Part shown: piece by piece, positions 1-8,798 of the stretch | Layout of the letters: every line of letters starts with the position of its first letter | How positions within the stretch are numbered: position 1 is the first letter of the stretch | DNA from: Myxococcota bacterium | Lineage (GTDB): Bacteria > Myxococcota > SpSt-1050 | Reading direction: 5' to 3' | DNA: 15,521 bases | Assembly (NCBI GenBank): GCA_049969675.1 | Contig: JBMFOP010000073.1 | Coordinates: 1 to 15,521, forward strand | Notes under the pieces: model-generated | The model's database searches: none | What the model was told of the DNA's origin: nothing | What the model saw: the letters and a program-made list of their open reading frames with translations, nothing else | Program-made: the position numbers and the translations under genes

Positions 1-220
1 AAATGAATATAACAAAATACATAATTACTTTAAATTTTGGGCTGTTACGGATTAACTGTTTTTGGAAAGAGGGTTACCTTTATTTTCTATTTATTTGACT
101 CCTATTTGCCAATACCAAAGAACACCGAAAAGAAGTCAATATTTTTGATTTTATTTTTAATATTTTTGTGGTATATATCTATCGCTTTTATTTTAATACC
201 TTCTTTATGGAGGAACAAGG

Positions 221-2425
221 ATGAAGAAAATTAGAATTATTATTATTTTAGCGATTCTTTCTACTATATTGACTCTCATTTACTGTTCAGGCTCCACAAA
301 GAGCATAGTTGGACTTCCGGTCGGTTCACAGTGCAAGAGTAGCTCCGATTGTGCAGATAAACTTGTATGTATCTATACCACCGAGAAAGATAGTGTAAAT
401 CTCTTTCCCAATGGTTATTGTTCAAGATATTGTCTGAATGATAAAGATTGTCCGGAGAATAGCAAATGTATTGGAGATATATGTATAGCCGACTGCTCAA
501 AATGTGATAGAGAAGGATACATCTGTAAAGACGGTAAATACTGCGTACCAGACCTGAACATTGGTGGGTCCTGTGGTAGTGATTCAGATTGTCAAACAGG
601 GAAATGCTTTATGTTAGGAGATAAATTTAAGAATGGATACTGCTCTCTCACCTGTGATAGTGGTTCCAAATGTCCAATCTCTTCTGGTGGGCTATGCACA
701 AATTTTGAAGGGAAGGCAGATGGTGAAAGCATCTGTGCCCTTGGATGCTCCAAAGATTCAGACTGTCGTATAAAAGAGAAGTATGCCTGCAGATTGGTAA
801 AGGCAGATTCAGCAGAGATTGGTAATATATATACTACCGTCTGCTCGGGTGTGGATAACCTGGGCGCCACCTGTGAGAAGGATGCGGATTGTTCTTCCGG
901 ACTCTCCTGTATAAGTCAATCTGATCTTGGAAAAGGGAAAGGTGGAGATTTCTCTGAACGTATCTGTTCAAAGCAATGCACAAAAGACTCTGATTGCCCT
1001 CATATCTTTCAATGTGCAGAAGGAGATGAGAGCTGCCTCAAGACAGCCAGATGTGTAAATGGATATTGTTTCAGAGGTTGTGAGCAGGATAAACATTGTG
1101 CAAAGAGTAAATATGCCTGCAGAGGTTATAAATATGATAACAATAAAGACGACTATAGATATTTCTGTAATTCGGTAGCAAGCATTGGTGCAGAGTGCTC
1201 AAAAGACGAGGATTGTACCTCTGGTTTATTCTGTCTGCTAAATAAGTCCAACTATTCCGGGGGTTTCTGTACAAAGAGCTGTACAAAGGATGACGACTGC
1301 CCAACAGAGATGGGCTTAACTAAGATATGTTATGAAGGGATATGTCAGAGGTCCTGCAATTCTGACGCAGACTGTGGAAGAAAAGGGTATCTCTGTATGG
1401 AACAGAATGGAAAAGGCATCTGCCAGTCAAAGACAAATTATGGCGCTGCCTGTAAATCCGATGACGACTGTGCAGAAGGATTGAGCTGTTATAAGGGGTA
1501 CGCCTTCCCCGATGGTTACTGTACAAGGAAGGGCGAGACCGAAGGAGATTGTACCGGCGGCGGTGTCCCCGGCAATCTCAATCTCTGTATGAGACAGTGT
1601 GATACGGATAAGGATTGTAAGAGAGACGGTTATTTCTGCTTTGATAGTGGTTCTGCCAAATATTGCTCAACAGGATTTAATGTCGGATATCCCTGTTCAA
1701 AGAACCCCGCCGAAAATACCATAGATTGTGGGGAGGGGTTGAGGTGTGAATCCGGGAGTGATTATGAATTTGGTTATTGCACGATGGATTGCGAGAAGGC
1801 TGATGACCTCTGCCCAAATGGCTCAAAGTGTGTTACTTCAAAGAAGATGTGTATGAGAGTGTGCTCTATGGACAACCAATGTCTGATAAGTGATTACACC
1901 TGCAGAGAGACAGATAAAATATATGTATGTGTGGGTGGAAAGAATATAGGTGCTGAATGTTCATCAGACGAGGATTGTTCATCCGGCTTGAGTTGTGATA
2001 AGAATCAAATCAATGGATATTGTACAACCTCCTGTAAGGATTCAGATTGCCCAGCAGATTCAGTCTGTATTGGTGAAGTATGTAAGAGGACCTGCAAACT
2101 TGATAAAGACTGTGGGAGGTCCAAATACTTCTGTCTTACCTCCAGATCTGTCTCTTACTGTGTTAGTAGCAAGAATTTCGGCGCAGCGTGTGATACCGAT
2201 GATGACTGCGTTTCGCCACTTGTCTGTTACAAACCGGATAGAGATAAGACAGGGCTCTGCTCAAATTCGGCTTCTCAATTATGTTCAAGCGATACAGATT
2301 GTGGTGAATCATATGCAATATGCAATAAGGATGGCGATAGACACTGTTATAGAAAATGCAACTCTGATTCAGAGTGTGGCAGAGAAGATATGAAGTGCAA
2401 AGATTCAATGTGTATATATAAATAG
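221..2425 (+). CDS. Cysteine-rich repeat lipoprotein (8 tandem ~80-110 aa modules of CxxDxDC units)
   Basis: 734-aa ORF with GGAGG RBS upstream. Basic-hydrophobic signal ending LTLIY-C22 (lipobox-like). 97 Cys by manual count, in recurring GxxCxxDxDCxxGLxC...GYC modules. Confidence 0.9.
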   Translation: MKKIRIIIILAILSTILTLIYCSGSTKSIVGLPVGSQCKSSSDCADKLVCIYTTEKDSVNLFPNGYCSRYCLNDKDCPENSKCIGDICIADCSKCDREGYICKDGKYCVPDLNIGGSCGSDSDCQTGKCFMLGDKFKNGYCSLTCDSGSKCPISSGGLCTNFEGKADGESICALGCSKDSDCRIKEKYACRLVKADSAEIGNIYTTVCSGVDNLGATCEKDADCSSGLSCISQSDLGKGKGGDFSERICSKQCTKDSDCPHIFQCAEGDESCLKTARCVNGYCFRGCEQDKHCAKSKYACRGYKYDNNKDDYRYFCNSVASIGAECSKDEDCTSGLFCLLNKSNYSGGFCTKSCTKDDDCPTEMGLTKICYEGICQRSCNSDADCGRKGYLCMEQNGKGICQSKTNYGAACKSDDDCAEGLSCYKGYAFPDGYCTRKGETEGDCTGGGVPGNLNLCMRQCDTDKDCKRDGYFCFDSGSAKYCSTGFNVGYPCSKNPAENTIDCGEGLRCESGSDYEFGYCTMDCEKADDLCPNGSKCVTSKKMCMRVCSMDNQCLISDYTCRETDKIYVCVGGKNIGAECSSDEDCSSGLSCDKNQINGYCTTSCKDSDCPADSVCIGEVCKRTCKLDKDCGRSKYFCLTSRSVSYCVSSKNFGAACDTDDDCVSPLVCYKPDRDKTGLCSNSASQLCSSDTDCGESYAICNKDGDRHCYRKCNSDSECGREDMKCKDSMCIYK

Positions 2426-2440
2426 GAAGAAGATTGATAT

Positions 2441-2755
2441 ATGAGATGTCCAGCCTGCGGGAATCAAGAGAAGGTTCATAGGTCTCACAGCATATACTTC
2501 TGGGAGAGGATGGTAAAGCTTTTTTCAAACTATAGACTTTATAGATGCCACAACTGTGGTTGGAGAGGGTGGCTCCATCAGCAGACAGGTAATCAGCTCA
2601 AGAGGATTTCGCTCGGACAGATATTTATATTCTTTATGCTGGGATTCCTTCTGGGGGTACTGGTTACACTCTGGCAGCAGAGTCGCACAAAGCCCGAATG
2701 CCCTCAGATTCCAATAAATTGTGAGTCAAATTCTAAAAAAGAATTTAAGTGGTAA
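2441..2755 (+). CDS. Small Zn-ribbon-like membrane protein
   Basis: CPACG...RSH...YRCHNCGWRG (two CxxC pairs) followed by one hydrophobic helix (IFIFFMLGFLLGVLVTLW). Starts 15 bp after the upstream gene. Confidence 0.8.
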   Translation: MRCPACGNQEKVHRSHSIYFWERMVKLFSNYRLYRCHNCGWRGWLHQQTGNQLKRISLGQIFIFFMLGFLLGVLVTLWQQSRTKPECPQIPINCESNSKKEFKW

Positions 2756-2781
2756 AGACATCAAAAATTCTTAAAGAATAT

Positions 2782-2884
2782 TTATATAACCTTCACAGTG
2801 TCTCCTTAAAGCATAATTGCTTCACATTTGATTCTATTTGAATGATGTTAAGCGCTCACAGGTATACATTTGCAGGTTATATAA
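2782..2884. repeat. Imperfect intergenic inverted repeat
   Basis: TTATATAACCTTCACA (2782-2797) matches the reverse complement of TTTGCAGGTTATATAA (2869-2884) at 14/16. A third ATATAACC core lies at 2937-2944. Confidence 0.55.
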
Positions 2885-3011
2885 TATACGCTCCATATTC
2901 CTTCAGAATGTAAGAAGGAAAGAGCCTTTCAACTGCATATAACCAGACTTATTCCTCTTGATTTATCTGTGATTTTGGAGAAGATAATCAGGTATTTTTG
3001 AGGAGGTGGAT

Positions 3012-5057
3012 ATGAAGAAAACTTTTGCCTTTATCTTTTCACTGGCCATTATCTGTGATTTTGCATCTGCCGAACCCTTTACCATTGACGACTTTCAGAA
3101 TCTGCGGATAATAAAAGATTTTAAGGTCAGCCCGAGAGGTGATATAGTAATCTCTATTAGAGATTTTGAGAACAAAAAGAATTTCAATTACGACCTCTAC
3201 CTGCTGCGTGGAAATAGGCTCTCCCGTCTAACCTATGATGGGAAGGGGAGTGGTAGCTTTGACTTCTCTATTGATGGAAGTTATCTCTACTTTACCTATG
3301 AAAAGGAGAATAAACCAGCGCTTTATAGACTCCCATTGCACGGTGGAGAGGCAGAGCCTATCTCTGAATTTCCGGTCAGTATTGACAATATTAGGGTCTT
3401 TGAGAGCCTCAAAAAGGAGTATATCCTCTTCTCAGCCAATATTTTTCTGGATTGCAACAAAGAGGAGCTCAAATGTACAAAGGAGAGGAGAGAGGAATTA
3501 AAGAAGACTACATCCGCCTATGTATATGATTCACTATATTTTAGACCGTGGAATTTTTATAGAGATAATACAAGGTCTGCACTCTTTATATTTGATGTGG
3601 AAAACAAGAAGGCAACCAGGGTGATATCTGGAGAATTTGATGTCCCAACACTTCCATTTGGAGATAGTTCGGACTTTGATGTTTCACCTGATGGGAGATA
3701 TATTGTCTATACGGCAAAGAAGATAAAGAACATAGCAGAATCCACCAACAATGATATCTTTGAATATGACACAACAATAAAAAATGAGATAAAGGTCTCT
3801 ACATCTCCAGGTTCAGATACCCGTCCAAAATATTCTCCAGACGGCAAATATATAGCATTTACCACTCAAAAGACCGATGGATTTGAATCTGACAAGATTG
3901 AGCTTGCCATCTACGACCGAAAGACAAAGCAGATAAATATTATCTCCTCTCACATAGACAATTGGGTAGAGTCCTTTGAGTGGAGTCTGGATTCTAAGGG
4001 TATCTTTGCAATAATTGAGGAGCGCGGATATAACACACTTTATTACATACCAATTGATAACCCGAAGAATTCAATCAGACTTACAGAGAAAGAGAATATA
4101 AAAAAGTTTGCGATTTATAAAGATGAGATTATCCTGAGCAGAGATTCAATACTATATCCAGCAGACCTCTACTCTGCAAAATATCCTGCTGTCATCAAGA
4201 GCCGTGGTATCCTGAAAGAGAGAAGACTTACTGACTTAAATGCAGAGATTTATAAGAGTAAGGATCTCCCCGAGCTGATGGATATCGTCTATGAAGGGGC
4301 AAAGAGGAAGGATGGGACATACAATAAAGTCCAGGCATTTGTATTGAAGCCAAAAAATATCAAGCAGGGGGAGAGAATTCCAGCCATCGTAGCGATTCAT
4401 GGAGGTCCTCAGGGGAGCTGGTTAAACTCATTTCATCCGAGGTGGAATGCCCTGATGTTTGCCTCCATCGGCTATGTAGTAATTATGCCAAATATTACCG
4501 GCTCAACAGGATTCGGGCAGCAGTTTGTAAATGAGGTCTCAAGAGATTGGGGTGGGGCGCCTTATGAAGATATTATGGGGCTCTTCAACTACTTTGAGAA
4601 GAGCGGATTTATAGATTCTACAAAGGTCTGTGCAATAGGCGGATCATACGGCGGATATATGACAAACTGGATACTGGGTCATACAGATAGATTCAGATGT
4701 CTGGTCTCTCACGCAGGTCCATTTAATCTGATAAGCAAGTACGGTTCAACTGATGAACTCTGGTTTCCAGAGTGGGAATTGGGTGGAACGCCCTGGATGA
4801 ATAGAGATATGTACGAGAAGTTCTCACCACACAACTATGTAAAAAACTTCAAGACACCCACACTTGTAATTCACGGTGCAAATGACTTCAGGGTTCCAAT
4901 TGAACAGGCCCTTCAGACATTTACATATCTACAGAAGATGAATGTCCCATCAAAATTAATTATCTTCCCTGACGAGGACCATTTTATCAAGAAGGCAAAC
5001 AATCAGCGATTCTGGTACAAAGAAGTAGAGAACTGGATAAGGACTTATCTAAAGTAG
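3012..5057 (+). CDS. Secreted S9 family (prolyl oligopeptidase clan; dipeptidyl/acylaminoacyl-peptidase-like) serine peptidase
   Basis: Signal peptide (..FASA/EP), PD40-like SPDG propeller repeats, IHGGP, catalytic GGSYGG, HGANDFRV (Asp) and FPDEDH (His). Start moved to ATG 3012 because AGGAGG occupies 3001-3006. Confidence 0.95.
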   Translation: MKKTFAFIFSLAIICDFASAEPFTIDDFQNLRIIKDFKVSPRGDIVISIRDFENKKNFNYDLYLLRGNRLSRLTYDGKGSGSFDFSIDGSYLYFTYEKENKPALYRLPLHGGEAEPISEFPVSIDNIRVFESLKKEYILFSANIFLDCNKEELKCTKERREELKKTTSAYVYDSLYFRPWNFYRDNTRSALFIFDVENKKATRVISGEFDVPTLPFGDSSDFDVSPDGRYIVYTAKKIKNIAESTNNDIFEYDTTIKNEIKVSTSPGSDTRPKYSPDGKYIAFTTQKTDGFESDKIELAIYDRKTKQINIISSHIDNWVESFEWSLDSKGIFAIIEERGYNTLYYIPIDNPKNSIRLTEKENIKKFAIYKDEIILSRDSILYPADLYSAKYPAVIKSRGILKERRLTDLNAEIYKSKDLPELMDIVYEGAKRKDGTYNKVQAFVLKPKNIKQGERIPAIVAIHGGPQGSWLNSFHPRWNALMFASIGYVVIMPNITGSTGFGQQFVNEVSRDWGGAPYEDIMGLFNYFEKSGFIDSTKVCAIGGSYGGYMTNWILGHTDRFRCLVSHAGPFNLISKYGSTDELWFPEWELGGTPWMNRDMYEKFSPHNYVKNFKTPTLVIHGANDFRVPIEQALQTFTYLQKMNVPSKLIIFPDEDHFIKKANNQRFWYKEVENWIRTYLK

Positions 5058-5084
5058 AAATAGACTATTCACAAAATCTGATTA

Positions 5085-5673
5085 TCACTGCTGTCCAGTA
5101 TAATCTGTATTTATGAATTAGGCATTTGTAAATAAAGATTTCTGGACGGATAACTATATTTTCAAAATCAGGTTACCCCACTTTTCAATACACTATCTAT
5201 TAAAATGCTGTCCAACTTAAACTTCTTTCAATGTTAGTCAACATCAATGTTAGTGGCTCTACATATACCACAATCGGTAAGGTCTCATAGGGTTTATTTG
5301 TTCATTCCAATAAATTTTTGTATGGTAGACCCCGTTATAAATCTCAGGTAGAGTCTCATACACTATCTTCACTATAATATTTTACTGTGCCCAAATGGAT
5401 ATGTTTCTCTTTTAAGATGGTAAAGAGATTATTCATAAGCATTGCCAAAAGTTGCCCTCAACAACTGAATCCCTCTATTTCTCTATCCGCCTTTCTCTCT
5501 CTCACCGCCTTATAAAACATATTCTTTGAAAATATCTTAAAACTTGCTTATTCCAATAATAGATTTGTCCAGAGATACTAATATACATACTCATAGGGAG
5601 TCTCATTTCCGGTCTTTGTTTAATCTTAGCCTTCCGAGACCTCAATATCAAAAAAATTATCTTGGACAGATGT
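5085..5673 (-). mobile_element. MITE-like / IS-remnant element, copy A
   Basis: Ends are imperfect inverted repeats: CACTGCTGTCCAGTATAAT (5086-5104) and ATTATCTTGGACAGATGT (to 5673). Two blocks are homologous to the reverse complement of 8710-9165. No intact transposase. Confidence 0.65.
5502..5594 (-). other. Small ORF (30 aa) in element A: MSMYISISGQIYYWNKQVLRYFQRICFIRR
   Basis: The ATG is at the position homologous to the ATG of 8799-8939 and shares SIxGQxYxWNKQ in frame. The RBS is degraded (GAAATGAG). Confidence 0.3.
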
Positions 5674-5674
5674 A

Positions 5675-6445
5675 TCAGATTATATTATCCAGTGGGACAG
5701 GTTCATCTCCTCCCGTGAGTTGTAAAAATAGCTCCTCCAGACTGGCATCCTTATTTCCGGAGAGCCTCTTCATCCCTTCAATGTCACCTGAATATATAAG
5801 CCTTCCGTGATGAATAATTGCAAGTTCATCGCAGAGCTCCTCAACTACACCGAGGGTATGAGTGGACATAAAGACTGTGCAATTTGATTTTCTTTTAAGT
5901 TCTGTAAATACCCTCTTTAATAATCTCGCCCCCTTCGGGTCAAGACCAACGAGCGGTTCATCTATTACAAAGAGTCTCGGCTTATGCATAAGTGCCCCAC
6001 AGATTACAAGCCTCTGCTTCATCCCATGGGAGTAGTTTTCAATAAGCTCGTCCTTAAAATTATATATCTCAAAGAGATTTAAGAGCTCTTCAGAACGTCT
6101 CATTATTTCTCTATCTGATAGATTATATATTCCACCGATGAATTTGAGATACTCCAAACCTGTCAGCTTCTCATAAAGATATGGCCTGTCCGGGACAAAA
6201 CCTAAAAGAGATTTTGCCTTAATCGGGTCAGTCGCCATATTATTCCCGCAGATATTTATCTCACCAGATGTCGGCTTCAGTAATCCACCTATCATCTTTA
6301 TGGTTGTTGTCTTTCCAGCCCCGTTTGGACCCAAAAAACCAAATATCAATCCACTTTTTACTTCAAGACTGATATTATCCACAGCAATAAAATCTCTATA
6401 TCGCTTTATAAGATTCTTTATTTCAAGAGAATATTTTATTTCCAC
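5675..6445 (-). CDS. ABC transporter ATP-binding protein (ABC-2/NatA-CcmA-like exporter class)
   Basis: Walker A GPNGAGKTT, signature YSHGMKQR, Walker B VIDEP, H-loop STH. The GTG start overlaps the stop of the upstream gene. Confidence 0.95.
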   Translation of the reverse strand: MEIKYSLEIKNLIKRYRDFIAVDNISLEVKSGLIFGFLGPNGAGKTTTIKMIGGLLKPTSGEINICGNNMATDPIKAKSLLGFVPDRPYLYEKLTGLEYLKFIGGIYNLSDREIMRRSEELLNLFEIYNFKDELIENYSHGMKQRLVICGALMHKPRLFVIDEPLVGLDPKGARLLKRVFTELKRKSNCTVFMSTHTLGVVEELCDELAIIHHGRLIYSGDIEGMKRLSGNKDASLEELFLQLTGGDEPVPLDNII

Positions 6446-7896
6446 TCAATCACCTCTATCTTTAATTTACCAATATATTTTGCAATATCAAGTATCTTAT
6501 CAATTCCTCCAGATACCAATCTGATATGTCCTACATCCGCTGGAGATTCTCCCCAGGTGGGGTCGTAGCTTCTCCATCCATCCAGATATGCCTCCACCCA
6601 CGCATGATAGTAGAATCTACCATTTAGATATGCCACACCCCCAACAATCCTTGCAGGTATTCCGAGTGCACGCGCAAGAGCCACAAAGAAGACGGCATGC
6701 TCATTACAATCCCCCTCCATATTTTTTAAGGTGTTCGCTGCATCAGGTATCCCTATAATATTCTTCTTCTTAATATTTGCAAAGAGGTAATCATTAATCC
6801 TCTCAAGAGCATCAAGCTCATCTCTACTCCCCTCTGTAATCTTTTTTGCAAGCGCCATAACCTCCTCCGAATCACTCTGTACAAAAGCCTCGGGGGATTT
6901 ATATCTCTCAAGCTCCTCCTTAGAAAGCCTCTCCTCTCTCTTCTCAATCCTCTCACTCGTAATAGTCAGTATCCCATCCTTATATCTCTGTCGGCCTCCA
7001 TCAAGTAAGCCCTCAAACTCAACTCCAGAGAGCCTGAAGCTGATGCTACCAATTGAAAATATATCCGGGATACTTTTATCGGGGTAGATGGAGAATTGGT
7101 TTACAATATCCAGTGCTGAAAACTTCATCTTCCTCCTATCTGGCTGCTCACGGAGAAGCACAAATCCCATCTCATTTCTCTCTTTGAGTGTCTTTCCGTT
7201 TATATCAATCCAGGTATCCACTCTAAAATTTTTATATCTCTTCTTGAGGTGATAGGCATATACCTCTTCATCCATTATCCTGATTCTCTCATTACCTACA
7301 AACTCTACTTCTACATTACCTACATTCATCTCTTCCAAAGATAATATCTTAAATACAAAGACCCTGGTATGTGTAGATTGTAAAATTCTTCTTGCGATGT
7401 ATCTATTTAGATTCACATCCAAAAATACCGGCGAGCCATTATCAACCTCAATCTCCTTAAAACCTGCAAGATTGCTTTTGATTCTGAGCCTCTTTCCATC
7501 TGACTTACCTGTTACAACAAAATCCTGATTCTCTGTTGTTATCTTAAAATAAAAGTTATTGAGTAACATCTCCTTTGACAGCTCTGCGCTCCCATCTATG
7601 TTTATCTTTCTTACGGATCCCTGAACAGACAGATTGAGTTCAGATTGATGATGGATAACGACCTTCTCCCCTATTCTCTCCGTCTTATTGAAGAGATAAC
7701 CTATGAGTCTCTCCTGAAAATATACACCCAGATATTCTTCACCCCCACTTACAAGACCCGATATATTCCCCATCTTTGAGATATCAATGGTCTGTTTTGT
7801 AAATATCTTCTCTTCTATCCCGAATACATATATCAAAAACAAAGTCCACATTGTAATTACTATAAATGCAAAAATCTTATATCTCTTTGAAAGCAT
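6436..7896 (-). CDS. Membrane-anchored transglutaminase-like domain protein
   Basis: N-terminal TM helix. C-terminal Transglut_core motifs GDCNEHA..ALARALGIPAR..YHAWVE..YDPTW give an intact Cys-His-Asp triad. Confidence 0.93.
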   Translation of the reverse strand: MLSKRYKIFAFIVITMWTLFLIYVFGIEEKIFTKQTIDISKMGNISGLVSGGEEYLGVYFQERLIGYLFNKTERIGEKVVIHHQSELNLSVQGSVRKINIDGSAELSKEMLLNNFYFKITTENQDFVVTGKSDGKRLRIKSNLAGFKEIEVDNGSPVFLDVNLNRYIARRILQSTHTRVFVFKILSLEEMNVGNVEVEFVGNERIRIMDEEVYAYHLKKRYKNFRVDTWIDINGKTLKERNEMGFVLLREQPDRRKMKFSALDIVNQFSIYPDKSIPDIFSIGSISFRLSGVEFEGLLDGGRQRYKDGILTITSERIEKREERLSKEELERYKSPEAFVQSDSEEVMALAKKITEGSRDELDALERINDYLFANIKKKNIIGIPDAANTLKNMEGDCNEHAVFFVALARALGIPARIVGGVAYLNGRFYYHAWVEAYLDGWRSYDPTWGESPADVGHIRLVSGGIDKILDIAKYIGKLKIEVIEWK

Positions 7897-7903
7897 AAAA
7901 CAC

Positions 7904-8557
7904 TTACTTGATTTTGCTATCCAGAAGTTCCTTATTGAATCCTACGATAATCTCGCCATATAAATCAATTACTGGAACTCCTGAGCCTCTCAGTCCTTTT
8001 GATCTGAGTTTGGAGAGCATCTCCTCTCTTGCAGAATCATCTTTTTCAATGTCTTTCTCAATATAATTTATGCCATGTGCCCTCAAATATTTTCTGAGTT
8101 GTGCACACACCCCACACCAGCTCGTTGTATAGATAATAATAGACTTACCATCCATCTTTGCACTGTCTTGTGAGAATGTGGGCTTAATACCCTCTCTTAC
8201 CGCGCTGTCAAACTGATATCTGGAGGCTATTGTATATTTATATCTGCCCTCCGAATCTGGCTTTGTAAGGTCTGCGATATAAATAATCTTGTGGGAGAGC
8301 CTCTTTGAGGGCGGGATTGAGAGGTCAAACACTATGACCTGTCTTCTTGACTCCTCCGGTATCTCATCCATATTCTGAGTATCCTTAAAATTTCCGTCTT
8401 TATCAATATATGAAAATAAAAGATTCTTATTCTCCTTTGAGACTACTATCTCTGGAGGGTTTATCTCCTCTTCACCTCTCTTCTGTTCCGCCTTTTTGCA
8501 GTTGATACCAGAAAAGAGGAAAGTTATTATCAAAATAAAAAGAAGAAGTTCTCTCAT
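7904..8557 (-). CDS. Glutaredoxin/NrdH-like domain lipoprotein
   Basis: Lipoprotein-type signal (FLFSGIN-C). C-terminal YTTSWCGVC..EKDIEKD..GVPVI..GF glutaredoxin fold. ATG 8557 is preferred over GTG 8566 because GAGGTG then serves as the RBS. Confidence 0.88.
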   Translation of the reverse strand: MRELLLFILIITFLFSGINCKKAEQKRGEEEINPPEIVVSKENKNLLFSYIDKDGNFKDTQNMDEIPEESRRQVIVFDLSIPPSKRLSHKIIYIADLTKPDSEGRYKYTIASRYQFDSAVREGIKPTFSQDSAKMDGKSIIIYTTSWCGVCAQLRKYLRAHGINYIEKDIEKDDSAREEMLSKLRSKGLRGSGVPVIDLYGEIIVGFNKELLDSKIK

Positions 8558-8798
8558 TCTTGCCACCTCACAAATAACAGATTTAAATATAGATTCAAAA
8601 GTCCTAAAAGTAAATTTTTTATAGCATATTTAAGTCTGGATATTGATCACAAAGATCCATCAGAGACCGGCTCCATTACCGACTATATTTTTGGTTTTTT
8701 TATGACACATCACATCTGTCTAAAATGAATTTTTAATATTGGAGCCTCGGTAGGGTAAAATTATTTTATTAAACAAAAATCCTGAAAGGAGGCCTCCT

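Noticed and set aside
2..55. Possible 3' end of an upstream + strand gene (NEYNKIHNYFKFWAVTD*)
   Set aside because: Too short to distinguish from chance without flanking sequence.
37..234. 65-aa ORF upstream of the lipoprotein
   Set aside because: TTG start without an RBS. The hydrophobicity comes from T-rich promoter-like DNA, and the ORF overlaps the RBS and start of the real gene.
221..2425. Multiheme cytochrome or Fe-S interpretation of the Cys-rich protein
   Set aside because: No CxxCH motifs or ferredoxin spacing. The export signal and paired Cys gain/loss favour disulfides.
5058..5674. CRISPR array or tRNA/rRNA in the long intergenic regions
   Set aside because: No regularly spaced identical repeats, no cloverleaf or rRNA signatures and no cas genes. 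The same applies to 8567-9172.
5544..5810. 88-aa + strand ORF
   Set aside because: Overlaps the ABC ATPase antisense and the end of element A. TTG start and no recognisable motifs.
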